Assembly: GCA_030141605.1 (NCBI GenBank) | Contig: JAQGDQ010000086.1 | Location: 119,418-183,417, forward strand | Source: Tubiluchus corallicola | Lineage: Eukaryota; Animalia; Priapulida | Direction of reading: 5' to 3' | DNA: 64,000 bases | Shown here: one piece after another, positions 12,122-25,300 of the stretch | Layout: each line of letters starts with the position of its first letter | Numbering within the stretch: position 1 is the first letter of the stretch | The notes under the pieces: generated by a model | Databases searched by the model: none | Told to the model about the DNA's origin: nothing | What the model saw: the letters and a program-made list of their open reading frames with translations, nothing else | Program-made: the position numbers and the translations under genes

Positions 12122-13561
12122 CCAAAGAGCACACTGTAGATTAATCATGGTGCAGTAGATACAAATTGTTCAAGTTGAAGTTACAGTTTGGGAAAGGAGC
12201 AGAAGTAGATCTGTGATAGCTCAAAGTTATAATATGTTAGTTGTTACTTTACTGTTCACAATGGTTATTTCCTAGACTTTGCTGAAAACCACGAGAATCA
12301 TAACCGAGAAACTGAGAGTACTAAGGCATGTACGTCACATATTAAGCGGTTGATCCCATAAAGCTACATTTTAGTTGACTGATGTGGGGTCCCACGTCTA
12401 AATTGAGTAAATCGTAGTAATTATTTTTTGTTAAATTAATAAGTCTTATTTTAACTGCAGTTTTGAATTTTGTTAGTATTTTTTAGTCTTTTAACTGTTT
12501 TTTTAATCTTAATTTGTAAATATTCAGTTTGTTATTGAAGTCCAGAATTACCTGTCATTGTAAAACCAGGAAACATTGCTCAAAAATTTACTTTAGACAT
12601 TGTGTAACCAGTTAATGCTAAACTTTCTTATCAATTTTATTTTGTGAATAAGTGAATTTGCAAATAAAAGACATACCAGTACTTGTTATTTTGCGAAATT
12701 ATGCTATTTTTACAAAAGTATTACATAATGATGCTGTGATATATCGTTTATTAGTTTTAAAAAATTTAGATACCATTCCAACCGTGAATGGAATTACCAT
12801 ATTATCCCTAAGTCTGTAATTGTACGAGTGTGGTGATGCATGTATATTAAAACACCTTTAACGCGTTAAATAAGTATCCAAAAGGTACCAACTTGTTCAC
12901 TGAAATCATACGATCTGCACAGCAAATCAAGTGTACCAAATCCGAAATTAAAACAGTACAGCAAAATTATTTGTTCCATAATTTGTTCACTGTACAATGC
13001 GAATTTGTTAAAGATATGCTTCTATTTTAATAATAATATTTAACCTGAACACCCTATTGCAGTTTTTGTGCAGAAACATCATGACCACTGCCAATTACAG
13101 TCTTTAACAATATAAAATCTTAATTTTCATTACTGCTTTGAAATTTAAACTTCAAGTTACGTAATTACGTAATTCATGATACCGTATTGTAATTTTGATT
13201 TAAAATTGGCAAATCCAAGAAATTTTGAAATTACCTTTGTTTTCTATCTGGTTAACACCTGTTAATTAGTTAAGTTCAAATAAGTTATAAACTGTTGGAA
13301 TGCAAGTCACATAATTTCTGTTCTTGGTGTTTGTTGTCATAGACTTTGTACACAACTCAGAACACAGAGGATTCAGACACGTCACAGCGTTACATTGTAC
13401 TACAAATGAACGTGTTTTTGCTCAAACTTTATTCCCCAATTTCAAACTGCTAAATCTTTGAAAACTTGTGTCGTTATTGCAAATTTTACATTATATCATT
13501 GTCCGAAAAAATGCAAATCCCTTGCATTAATATGGTATTACTGCAAACGTATGATCATCTA

Positions 13562-14018
13562 TATGGGTTCCCAACCTTGGGGTCGCGGGCTTGTTAAAAA
13601 AAATGCTGTTTTCATGAAAAGTATGTAGGTACGTCTTGCATCCTCAGTCTCTCATTACATCATTTTGTTTTGGAAAGTAAAACTGGTTTTCCCACTCTAA
13701 ATGCGGTATATCAGCACTTGATTTACTGGGAAAATGAAAAGGCACATTGTTCCATTCTGTACACTTGTGTACAGTGTACACCGCCCGAAAGTCTGTCGTT
13801 ATTCATTTTACCTTGGATACCTATTGCTGTTGCATTACTGTTCACTGAGACACAGGTGCAACCATCACATGAATGAATTAATGAAACAGTCACTCATTGT
13901 TCAATAATTTGAATAGTAAGTTAAAATTAATAAATGCGAGTGATAATGATGTGTAATAGTATAACATGTGATTATATTCTTCGAGGGGTTGCCCTCAATG
14001 AAAGGTTGGGAACCACTG
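13562..14018. mobile_element. Non-autonomous hAT (Charlie-like) MITE
   Basis: Ends ggttcccaacct-tggggtcgcg ... aggttgggaaccactg resemble Charlie-type TIRs. Confidence 0.6.
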
Positions 14019-14641
14019 ATCTAATACTGTCAATAAGCAAGTGCAAAAGCTGCTGAGTACTGGTATAGTGATATTAGATATGCATTAGCAATGATCATTT
14101 GTATCTAAATAATCAGTGACCACGGTCCAGAGTCCACTTCGCATAGTAATGGCAATAGGAAGTTTACACTCTTTATATCCATGAGTATAATCCATTCCAA
14201 ACTGGCTAATTAGTTGATCTCATCTCTCTATTTTGAACTTCACATTAATGAGTGATACATCTTAGCTTTGTATATAGTTTGCCCATTTTTCAACAAACCT
14301 TCATGTCAACATTTTTGAAACATTATGCAGTATCACATGTACACATGATATGACATCTGAAAGCTGCAACACTTGGCATTAAACTCAAAGAATTTTGCCA
14401 TGTTTGAGTTTGCGTAACACAATAACATTATAAAAACAGAGTATTGTGCAAGATGAAATCTTAAACAAACTTGTCTGTTGCAGGAAAAAATAAATGGAGA
14501 TGTACAGAAATGAGCAGCAAAGTATTACATGGGCTTAGCTCAGTGATTAGCTAATGTTATTGGTTAAGTGTAAGGCTCCATGAATTTGCAATGAACTTCG
14601 CTGAAATATACTTAAATGAATTCTGCATTGATTAATGGATT

Positions 14642-14839
14642 TGGATTTTCTAGCTGCCATTTTGAATTCAAGATTGTGATGATAACATTATTTTTGAAAA
14701 AGTGTTAAGACTTCGTCAAGACGCCACATATCGTCAAACAACTTCATAGAAATATAGTAGAACAGGCTCCGCATCTATTGACAAAGTCCTATTTTTGATT
14801 GCATTCTTGAATTCCAGATGGCAGCGATAAAAAACCTAA
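14642..14839. mobile_element. Degenerate inverted-repeat (MITE-like) element
   Basis: gctgccattttgaattcaaga versus tcttgaattccagatggcagc. Confidence 0.4.
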
Positions 14840-16304
14840 GACTTGCGAATTTGTAAAAGATAGTCATTGAACAATATAGAAATATACTACTGCATTGATC
14901 GACCGAATCAGATTTCCATTGGATGAGGCATTGACGTCATTTTTTAATTCATGACTTTGAGTTTAGTGTCCTTCGAGTAGTAGTTGGACTCAAACTTATT
15001 TTTTTTCACATTTTATCATTCTGGAAGTTTTCACAGCAATGAGTGATTACAATATTTACAATTTATCTCAAGGATAGACCTGCATGTTAAAAAAAAGATT
15101 GCCCTTTAATATGTTTTAATTTATCATCAATTTTATTTTATATTTAAAACTTAATACTGGATTAAGATTACACATTTTACACAAAATTTAATCAGTATTA
15201 CTTGGATGAGTTAATATTCATTATTAACACTACATATCTGCATTACAGTTAAAATTTACTAGTTTACGTACTTTAAGGTTATGCAATTATGCATATGTAT
15301 ACAAGTGATTCATGTAAAGTTCACAGTTAGAAAGTTATATTTACGACACTGGTACACTGTGTACTATAAAAACACAAACACGAATAAAAGTACAGCTATG
15401 AATAAAAAATCCTATCCAAATATAAACAAATTACTATAATATTCGCAAAATAAAAAAGACACCGGTTTGTTTATCAACCTATACTTGTAAAAAGTAGCTT
15501 TTTACAATTTAATGTGATAATGCAAACATTTAAAATCTACAGGTATAATTCTAAGCTCTTAATTTTAAACTCTTTATTAGAAATATATGTAATGAACGTT
15601 TTACTCGGTATAGTACTTTGTGTTTTGAAAGTTATCCTAAACGGGGTATTTTTCATTGTTTTTTACGGGCCATAACAGCTATGTATTCTGAATTTTAGCA
15701 CCTCTTAAATGTGCATGATTTGGCACATTGTGATATATTTACAACACACATCGCAATCAAACATGCAGTCTTAGCAATGTTTTTGCTCACAGAAAATCAA
15801 AATGTACTAAATAAGTTGATACCCATAGTTTAATGTGCCAGCTATATATTTTATGTAAAATGAATAGGACTATATATTTTAAAATAGTTGATTTACTTTC
15901 TAGCTTCTATGATTTCAAAGACAATTATATGTTAATGTTACAATAAATGATATACGAAATAAAACAAATATAAGCCATAAGATACACTCTCAGATTTTTA
16001 ACAATTCAGTCTTAGAATCGAATCACCCATCCACGAATAAGGGTTTCTAAAGCTAAAACAGCCAGGTGATGTAAAAGTATGCGTGTCAACAGGAACGCGA
16101 AACTGTCTTGGAAGTTCCACGATTGATGGCTTACGAATATTATTCACTTGACATTACACATACGTTTCTTTTTGAATGCTGATGAAAAATCGACCATCAG
16201 ATTTATTATTACATGTTTATTATTGTATGGCCTGGCTTGTACACATCAAACACAGTGCCTACATTCTTAAGGAGTACCACTGGGTCTGAGCCAAGTTCTA
16301 CACA

Positions 16305-16342
16305 TTATGATTTGTTGACAGGCTCTTCATTTTTTGCCTTGT
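16305..16342 (-). CDS. Last coding exon DKAKNEEPVNKS*
   Basis: ctttttgcag acceptor, phase 1, TAA. Confidence 0.7.
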
Positions 16343-19300
16343 CTGCAAAAAGGAAAGTATAACTAACAGCAGAACATTAAAAAGTTAATCAAAAGTTATT
16401 ATTTTCAACAAAATTTATGCTTGTTATGTGTTAGTCTGCACTTGTGTTAGTGACTGTAATGCAACTCACATCTATAAGTGTTATCTTAGCACTATTGTAA
16501 CTGCAGAATTCAATGCATTTTGAAATTTAACTGGTTTTAAGGATAGATAAATTGACCATTCTCAGTTTTAATCATTTTGTAAAACCTTATGGTACACAGC
16601 AATGCATTTCCAAACAGGTTTTGTAATCATCAGTTAGTCTTCATGACTTTGAAAATGTAACCAGTAGATCGACTGAGCTCATTTACTGGCATACAGAACA
16701 ATAACAAGACAGGATAACATTTAGTAAAATGTATGAAGGCCATAACAAAGAGTTATGCCAGCAATAGTAGAGGGCAATCGCAGAACAGTTTCATAGTAAC
16801 ATTTGGTGGAAAATCGTAATTGATTACTTCCGAGCCAGTATATTTAATTTAAAGTTGGCGCTCTTGTCTTTTAATTGTACTACAGAGTGTCTAAATGATC
16901 CAAAGTTGCAGAAATTTATTCCAAGATATTTACATCATTTTATAACAGTTATCTATTCGTCATTCTATATTACTCTGATGTTCTTGTTTTCTTACTTGTG
17001 GATTGATAAAATTTGGGTACATTTAAATTTTGTTAACACTTTTGTATGTATGGCAATTTTTCTTGACACACACACACAGAAATTATTTGACAAGTTTATA
17101 TTACAGATTTCAGGATACTACCCAACTTTGGTTTCGACCTTAGGAATGTCAAGAATGGCAACTTAGATTGCAAGATCCCAAATTCGGACGCCTTAGCAAT
17201 GTTTTTTACAGCGTGCATTGTCTAGCTTCTACGTATGCTGGCAAGAATCAGAATCGATGGTGCATTTAGCAGCACCAAATGTCAAATCCACAAAATGGTA
17301 AATTCTCAAAATGACTTTTGCAACTAGTGACATTTACGAAAAAGGTCTCAGCAAACTTAACGTAAAAATATCGTCCATTCACAGAAATGTGAGAAATATT
17401 GTTGATGTATAAAATCAATTCAATGTTAACAGTTATCATTCCTAAATTAATAATGTCCACAAAAATTAATGTAGTACAGTTGCACTCTGTGTTGTTGGGC
17501 ACTGGGCTGTACCATTAACCACAGAACAGACAATAACTATTGTGAATGTGAAAAGGTAAAATAAATGATAGGAATTGGTGTTATGTGAGATTTTTCTAAG
17601 TCACAAAGGACTAGACTGGATATGGAACCACATCACAAGTGTAAGGTAACGAATAATATAAAGCTGAGAGCGTGCGTACCTGGTCGCATGTTAAACTCTA
17701 CAGTGAACTCACACTCCAAAGTATGAACTGGTTCTATACATACAGCGACTGAGTCCATAGTTACGTTTGATTTCTTCTCTGGTAAGGCAACTGTTAAAGG
17801 AAAACAGTACCCAATTTTAGACCCTAGCAAAAAATGACTTAAGAAAAATATACTGAAAGTTTTCAAGAATAATTTACATTATTACGGCAGAAACCTGATT
17901 TCGTTTGTTTTCAGATGTTGAATGCTTTTGGCTATTCACACTTAAATGGATAACAGTATTGGCATCTCAGAAATATATTGCACAAACAATAGATGCTGTA
18001 GCTGATCAGCAAAACAAATCCGACCTAAAGCGTGTGCAAACTCATGGAATCACACGTTGGACCAGTAATAATCACATCATTTGAAACTCCTGACGCATAT
18101 TTTGTGTTTTAATGTCAAAATTAAAGCCATATTTCAGTTTCGTTTTTGCAAATACGCGAAATGTGATTAAAATGTTTCTGATGTCAAAAAATTTACTCCA
18201 CTTGTAACGTTATTGCTAGCTATGCCGGCCAGCTGTTAATTAAAGTTCTAAACTAATATTTGATCTTTATATGTAACAAAATGCATCGTATCGTATAGAT
18301 CATAGATGAAAAGAGGTAGGATCTGAAAAACTGGCCTGTTTTCCTTTTGCATTTAAATACTGTTTGTGTTGTAATTAATGCTACAACATTTGAATTCAGC
18401 ATTACAATAGTTGGATAATAGAAAAGCGTAGTGTAGAAACCAGTTATACAACATCTGAAAATCAAAATCACTGCGTAAGATGGTAAGTTTTAGTGCTACC
18501 TAACACAATCAAGCCAAATTTAATGGAAACATTAACAAAAAAAGGCAAATAAAAGTTTTTTTATTATTATTATTATCACATTCAGTACAATATAAAGCAC
18601 ACAGTGAAGTGAAGTGAAGTGAAAAAAGATAAAAGTGATCCATGGTGACATTTAACTGAAACAAAAAGAGAAGTTTGTGTTCTGTGGTTAATGATATCAC
18701 AGTTATCATTGTGGTTAGTGATGGTTCTGTGGTAACTGGCCTCTTATAGATTACATAAGTTGACATGATATGATACAATATTATTTTTATGAATGATCAC
18801 CAAAACTTCTAACAGCACATACATCAACAATTTTTGCCATTTTACTAACATTATTGTTTTGACTACAAACACTTAACAGAGAGCTTTTCGAATGGTCCAC
18901 ATTTCTTTACTACATCATACAATCGTATAATTATATTTTCTGTAGTTCATGTAAATTTAATGTTAAAGGAAACTACACCTCGTGTGCAAAAGTACTTCTA
19001 AATTATGACTTTAAAATGGCCAACCAATTATACCTTCAGTTTCCTTTTCTATATATTTATAACCATATAGAACAGGAGTATGACATTTTCTCCATGACTG
19101 CTAACACCTGTAACTAGCAGTTTTATTAATAACTCACCTGGTTGTGATTTTTTGATTGTTCCATCATTTACTGGTTTTGCATCTGCTGCTGACTCTTTTT
19201 GTGTTGAGTCTGCAATTTGCAGTATAGTTTGTTAACAATGCAATTCTATATAAATTCATATATTCAAGATGGAGCCTAGCTGAAAAATTACAACTTAGTA

Positions 19301-22300
19301 AACTGTTACTCAGTATTATTAAGTCTGCAAGGTAAATTAGTAAAAGGCAATAGGAAAATAACAAGTGTGTATTTTGAAATATCCTTATAATTACATAAAA
19401 AACATATCTCGAAACAGCAAACACACTTGTATAATGATTCAGTTGAATTAACAGTTGCGTCTAGTTCAGCTCAAACAATGACTTGGCTGTCAAGAGATCT
19501 CTTATTTCAATGCACCTTAAGCTAACTGGACTAATAGCAGCACTCAAATTCATGTTCTCTATCCATGTTATCTCACCTCACCCTTTATATGCAATTTATC
19601 TCAACTCAAAACAATTCAGTTAATTATTTGTCCCAATTAACATCAATTCGGGGTAACAAAAAACTAGACAGGCACTCTACTAATTAACAAAACATGTGGT
19701 CTGCACTTAGCAGCTAAACTAAACACTTAATATTTTGCTTTAATCGAATAATCCAGAGCATAAGATGAATTATGGGAATTAGAGGAATAACAATTGATAT
19801 TACTAATTAGGTAAAAAGGGTTCCTTATATGGCATACTGCCCAAAGAATGACACCTCTCCATGTCTACAATTTTTTGGAAGCAAGAGGAATCTCTAACCA
19901 GCTTGTAAATCATCAGCAGGCTTTGTCTTTGCGGGTGATGTCGGTTTGTCTTGTTCTACTTCGTCAGATGTAACTGCTTCTAGTCTATTAAAGTCAATGG
20001 TATAACTGACATAGGATGGAAGTGGGTAATTCAACTTTGAAACTTTGGTATAATGACATATGGCTGCGGTAATGTGCAAATTAACACACTGACTGAAACA
20101 TTTTAGTTTTTTATACTATTGTGAGATTAGATTTAACCTGTAGGTTCTTTTGTCTCACCTTCATCTTGCTTTGATTTTTTGTTTTCAATAGGTTCTTGTG
20201 TTCTTGTAGTATCTACCTCGGGTAAATCTTTTGTTTCACCTGCAACAAATAAGTTATTAAACTGACATTGGTGGTGGTAAAAATTTTATATTAAAGGTGA
20301 AAATTAAATACCATTCGTGTACATCAAGTAGATGTGGACAGATGTGCTCTAGACAGACACAAAATTTGCATGAGAAGTATTACCTCCCGTGCCATTCTTC
20401 GGGAAAGGGGGTTATCGTGGCGAACCAAGTGATAACAGGATGTGCTTTGCAACCAAAGTTAGGCAACACCAAAGCCAGTTAGTGAATGGTTAGTTGACTG
20501 CAGGTTCAATACTCGTTTGGTTGGTGTAGCCATTCTAATTTAAGCTATTTACCTCACACAGGGTATTGTTATACATTATAATGTGGTTGAGAGTGAGACA
20601 CCCCTATCAGTTTGATGTTTCATCTGGACGATTAGCTGTGATAGCAAGCTAGATTCTGGTCCCACAACAACTACTCTCATTAAAATAGGGCCTGCCATGG
20701 AGTGCGGGATTCCACTTAAGAAAATGTCAAGCATCTCTTATCACAGGTTGTGGGGTAAAGACCTATCTCATGCAAAATGTAAATTTAATGTGGCAAGAAT
20801 CGAGTGAGCAGATTTTGACTTGATTCACCATAGCACTTTGAATATCAGTAAAATTATAATTCAGAAATCGTTTGTTGTGTAGCAGATAACTATTTGTATG
20901 GCCTGCTACAAACAAGGAATGAAGGTGTTTAAAAATGCACGGTGGGGCAGAGGAATTGAGGAAAAGTGATGGAGTGCTATTTGGCAAATGCCCTGAAAAG
21001 CCCAATTTCAATGTTGTTTATACGAAAAATAAACATCTTCTGTACCTGCTGCACAGGTCTGTTGGTCAGTATGGTGCACAACTTACTTTAAGTTTTTTAA
21101 AGGACTGCGAACCAAGCCAACCAAAATATATAAAGAACCAATGAGAAATTACAGAAGAGTTTGGCACCACACAACAACTTGTGATCACATTTCTTTTATC
21201 GATCAACTTTCCTTTCAAAAATTTAATAAATTATGGGTCGTTCAATCAGTGTATGTTTATATTTTGCTAGACTTGATTTTCAATACTTGTCGACTCAAAA
21301 CTTGATTTGATCACCAGTTATCTGGCTTCATCTCATGCAAACACAAAAAGAAATGGCAGCATGTTTTTACAATGTTTTTTATATTGATGTCCAATCATAC
21401 GTCACCAAGGTGAAAAATTCTACAACAGGTCCAGAATTCGTTCAGTAATAACAAATTATGAAAGTAGTAAAGTACACATGAATACGAAACCATGTGTAAA
21501 GTCGAAAGTAAAAGTTGCTTCAATGATTTAACTGCAAAGAAAATACTTTCCAAGATTCAAAACTTTTCAATTAGCTAATTAAGTAGTTACTTGATGCAAT
21601 ACATTTTCAAAATTTAGTTTTCTGCTCTAACAAAATCATTTATGCCACAAAAGATTCTTTCCAGGTAACTGTATAGATTCCTCATTTTCCAGGGAAACAT
21701 TGCATTATTTAATTAGTTTTCGGTCATACCAAATATCGTAAAATTCATCTGGTACACGTTTGTCACTACAGAACCGTGCAATCTACATTTTATAAAACAA
21801 AAAATCAATCACTCCCTAATTTGAGTAATTACAACCTTTTTCTAGTTTGGAATCTGGCTGCTTTACTTCTGCGCCTTCTGATTCCACTTGTTCTGTTACT
21901 GTAAAGAGAAAACATAAACTAACAGCAAAGTTGAATGTACAAATATAGACTAAGAAAAACAGAGGCCAACAGACCACAAAAGAATATTAGACAGTTCTAC
22001 AGTAACAGCCTTAATGAATTCCTGACACAAGTTTATTAGCCACACGTTGAACAAATCCAATTCAGGACAAAGATTTTAGACTCACCGCCTTCTTGCTCAG
22101 GTTTTAAAATTCCCCGTTCTATTAAATCTTCTTTCCTTGAACGAGTAGAAATTTGCCTTTCTAAAACTGGAACAAATCCAAAATATATCATTTCTAATGC
22201 TATTTTAAATACACGTTAAAAGTAATTATTATATGACAAGGCCTTTAATTCCCATTTTGCTATTAATCCATCAGGATTCCAAATATATTGAATATTTCCT

Positions 22301-25300
22301 TCTAGCCCAAATTCTTCCACATTAAGTAAATCAACTTAATTTGCTTTGTTTGTAAATTACAAATACAAGTAAATAAATAACATTTATATTATTTAAGAGA
22401 ACTCATTTGAGAACTTATAAGAGAAACTGAGAGAAATTGAATTCTTACCTTGGATTGAGTTTTCCATAAATGCACTTTTCTGCCGTGGCACCACTAAAAC
22501 AAACCCCATACATGTTAATGTTATGGTACACACATTATAATGTTACAAAATGTAATATAGTTACTAAAAGTGATAATGAATTCAATTTATGCAAGGTTAT
22601 GAAATAATAAAAATATAGCCCAGATATACCCTTCAACTACACTTATTACAGTACAGTGTAACAAGTAGAATACTGAATTTTTATTTTCAAAAGCAAACAA
22701 ACCATGTCACGAAAAAGCAGTGCAATTTTTAAATTGTACAAGTCCATTTAACAGAGAGCATTGAAAATAATAGATATATTACACATACGCTGACAAATAA
22801 CTGACACATTTTGTTACATATCATGCAATAGCACAGCAGTAAAATACATGGTAGGTATGATTAACAGAAACAGACAGACATTCGTTTAAAATAAATATGT
22901 GTAAAATTTGTTCAGAAATACAAATATTAAAAGGTTAGTAACACAGTCAGATCGAACTAGTTTATCAACAAGAATATTGGATTAACTGGACTAACACAAA
23001 TTATGAAATTAGAAAATATTTTTTTGGAAGCTTTCAAATACATCCATTAATCAAATTACAGAAGTTTTGCATATGACCAATTAGTACAATACCTCATGAA
23101 AAACAATGTTTTATTAATTGAAAGCAGCCTTCAAGTGTGTATCATAATTCACACTGGCAAGATACACAGAGTTAATGAAGTAGTGAAGGAATAAAGATCA
23201 TGCAGCATAGTTTACAAGTGTTTTAGACTGAATAGTTAATTTGCCTATAAATAGTTGTACTGATTAAATTGCTTTATAATACATATTGCACCAGCATTCC
23301 TACATACGCATGTCAACATGCTTTCTCTACAAGAATGAACATTAGTGTTAGCAAATAGTAGCAGCAACAGTGTTTACAATTTTTTTTAATTTAATAATAA
23401 TGAAATAGCAACGGATTATATGAAGATAAACATTGATGAATTAATGCAATACAACAGGTCCTAGGAAGAAACTAGTTAGTAATCCTAGATCTAGAGGTAC
23501 CAGTCCTGTAATCACAAGTTTCTCACCTACTGGTACATCTTTGTCAACTAAATCCACAGTGTCTAGTGTGTCTTTCTGTGGTACTTTTTCAACATTATTG
23601 TTCTCTCTGTCACTGTATTGCTTATATTTGGCCAATTTTGTCACCAATGTATCATGTTTCTCAAGCACAACGTTGTTTTGACAGTTGATAATGTCAGTGC
23701 TCGTCGAAACCTTGCTATTTTCACCAGGTTTGTGATCTAGCTTGCTTCCTCTGTCACCATCACTTGTTATCAGAATATCTCGAGTACCTTGAGTTTTGTC
23801 CTCAGTAAGATCTCTTACTTGCCCACCAATCTTCAGAGTACGTGCTTTTGGGTCAACATTTTGCTTTGAGCTGTCGTCTGCTGCCTGCTTAGATGCTTTT
23901 TTAGCAGCAATCCATTCAGACAAATGTTTCAGAGATGGGTGAAAATTTTCTGTTGCCTCACTGTTTCTCAAACTTGTTGATTCATCGCAAAATTGATTGG
24001 TATCTTCACTCTTCTTTCCTTTTTGAAAATTCTCTGCTTCTTCTACTAAACAAGAACTGACTGCTCGAGTGTTTTCAGCAACACTGTGCTCCAAGTGTTG
24101 GCTAATGATTTTACCACTATCAGCGATCTGTCTGATACTGCTAAACTGGTTTTCCTTCTCGTGTTTCTCAAAAGTTTCGTTTTGTCCTGTGGCTTGATTT
24201 TCTTCCATTACAGTGGTTTTCAGAAATGAGTTTGTGTGATTAGTAAGTAAGCCGTTTGTGATAAGTTCTGGGCACGTGCTCAGCTTGACATCATCGCTTA
24301 CCAAATCATAGTTAACCTGTTCTTCCATGCCATTACACTCTGTTTGACGACCTGAAGAATCATCAAATTTACTATCCATTTTGATGCCAGTATCACCTTC
24401 AATGGCTGTATTTTCTTTGTGTATGACACATGCCTCATATATATCAGCATTATTATCTACAAGAGACAAAGCATGATGAGATCCAGAATCAACAGTAGTA
24501 TTTTCATTGATGCTAGCAGCATTCACAAGAAAAGTTTCCCTGTGATTGTCTTTCTCATCACATTGATCAACATTTCCATCGACATCATCGTGTAGAGGCA
24601 ACATGTGTTCTGCAAAAGAAGTACAAGCGTGAGTATCACCAACTGTATGTGGTTTTGTGTTACTTGAATCGGAAAAGTTGTGCATTGCAGAAAATTGCAT
24701 AATATCTTCACTATCAGCAGCTGCTGGAGGTGGCTGCTTTTTGATTTCACACTGATTCCTTACAGAAATATTTTTCAAGTTATTTGATTTAGACAAGCTG
24801 TCATCAATGTTTGAAGTTGCAACGTCAGAAAGTGCAGCATCGGCATGTTTTAAGTCTTTAGCAATACTTTGTTCCAAGTGTCGGGACTCATATGTTACCT
24901 CCACATTATTATCTGCAAGAGCCAAAGTGTGATAAATGGCAGAATCAGTGATAGGATTTTTATTTTCTATGAGGCTAAGATCATTCAGATGAGGAATAGT
25001 TTCTCTATGATTATCTTTTTCATTATGTTGATCAGCACCTTCATCAACATCATTGTATACAGGCACATACTGTTCTACAAAAGAGTGACAAGCATAACTA
25101 TCACCAGATGTATGTGGTGCTATGTTACTGGTATCGAATGAGCTGCTCTGTGCATGCAGCTGCACAATTCCTTCATCATCAGCAGATGCTGGAGGTGACT
25201 GAGTTACAATTTCATGTTGATTCCTATCTTCAGAAAATATGTTTTTGAAGCTATTTGTGTTACACATGCTGCCGTTCATGTTTGACTTTGCAGTAACAGT

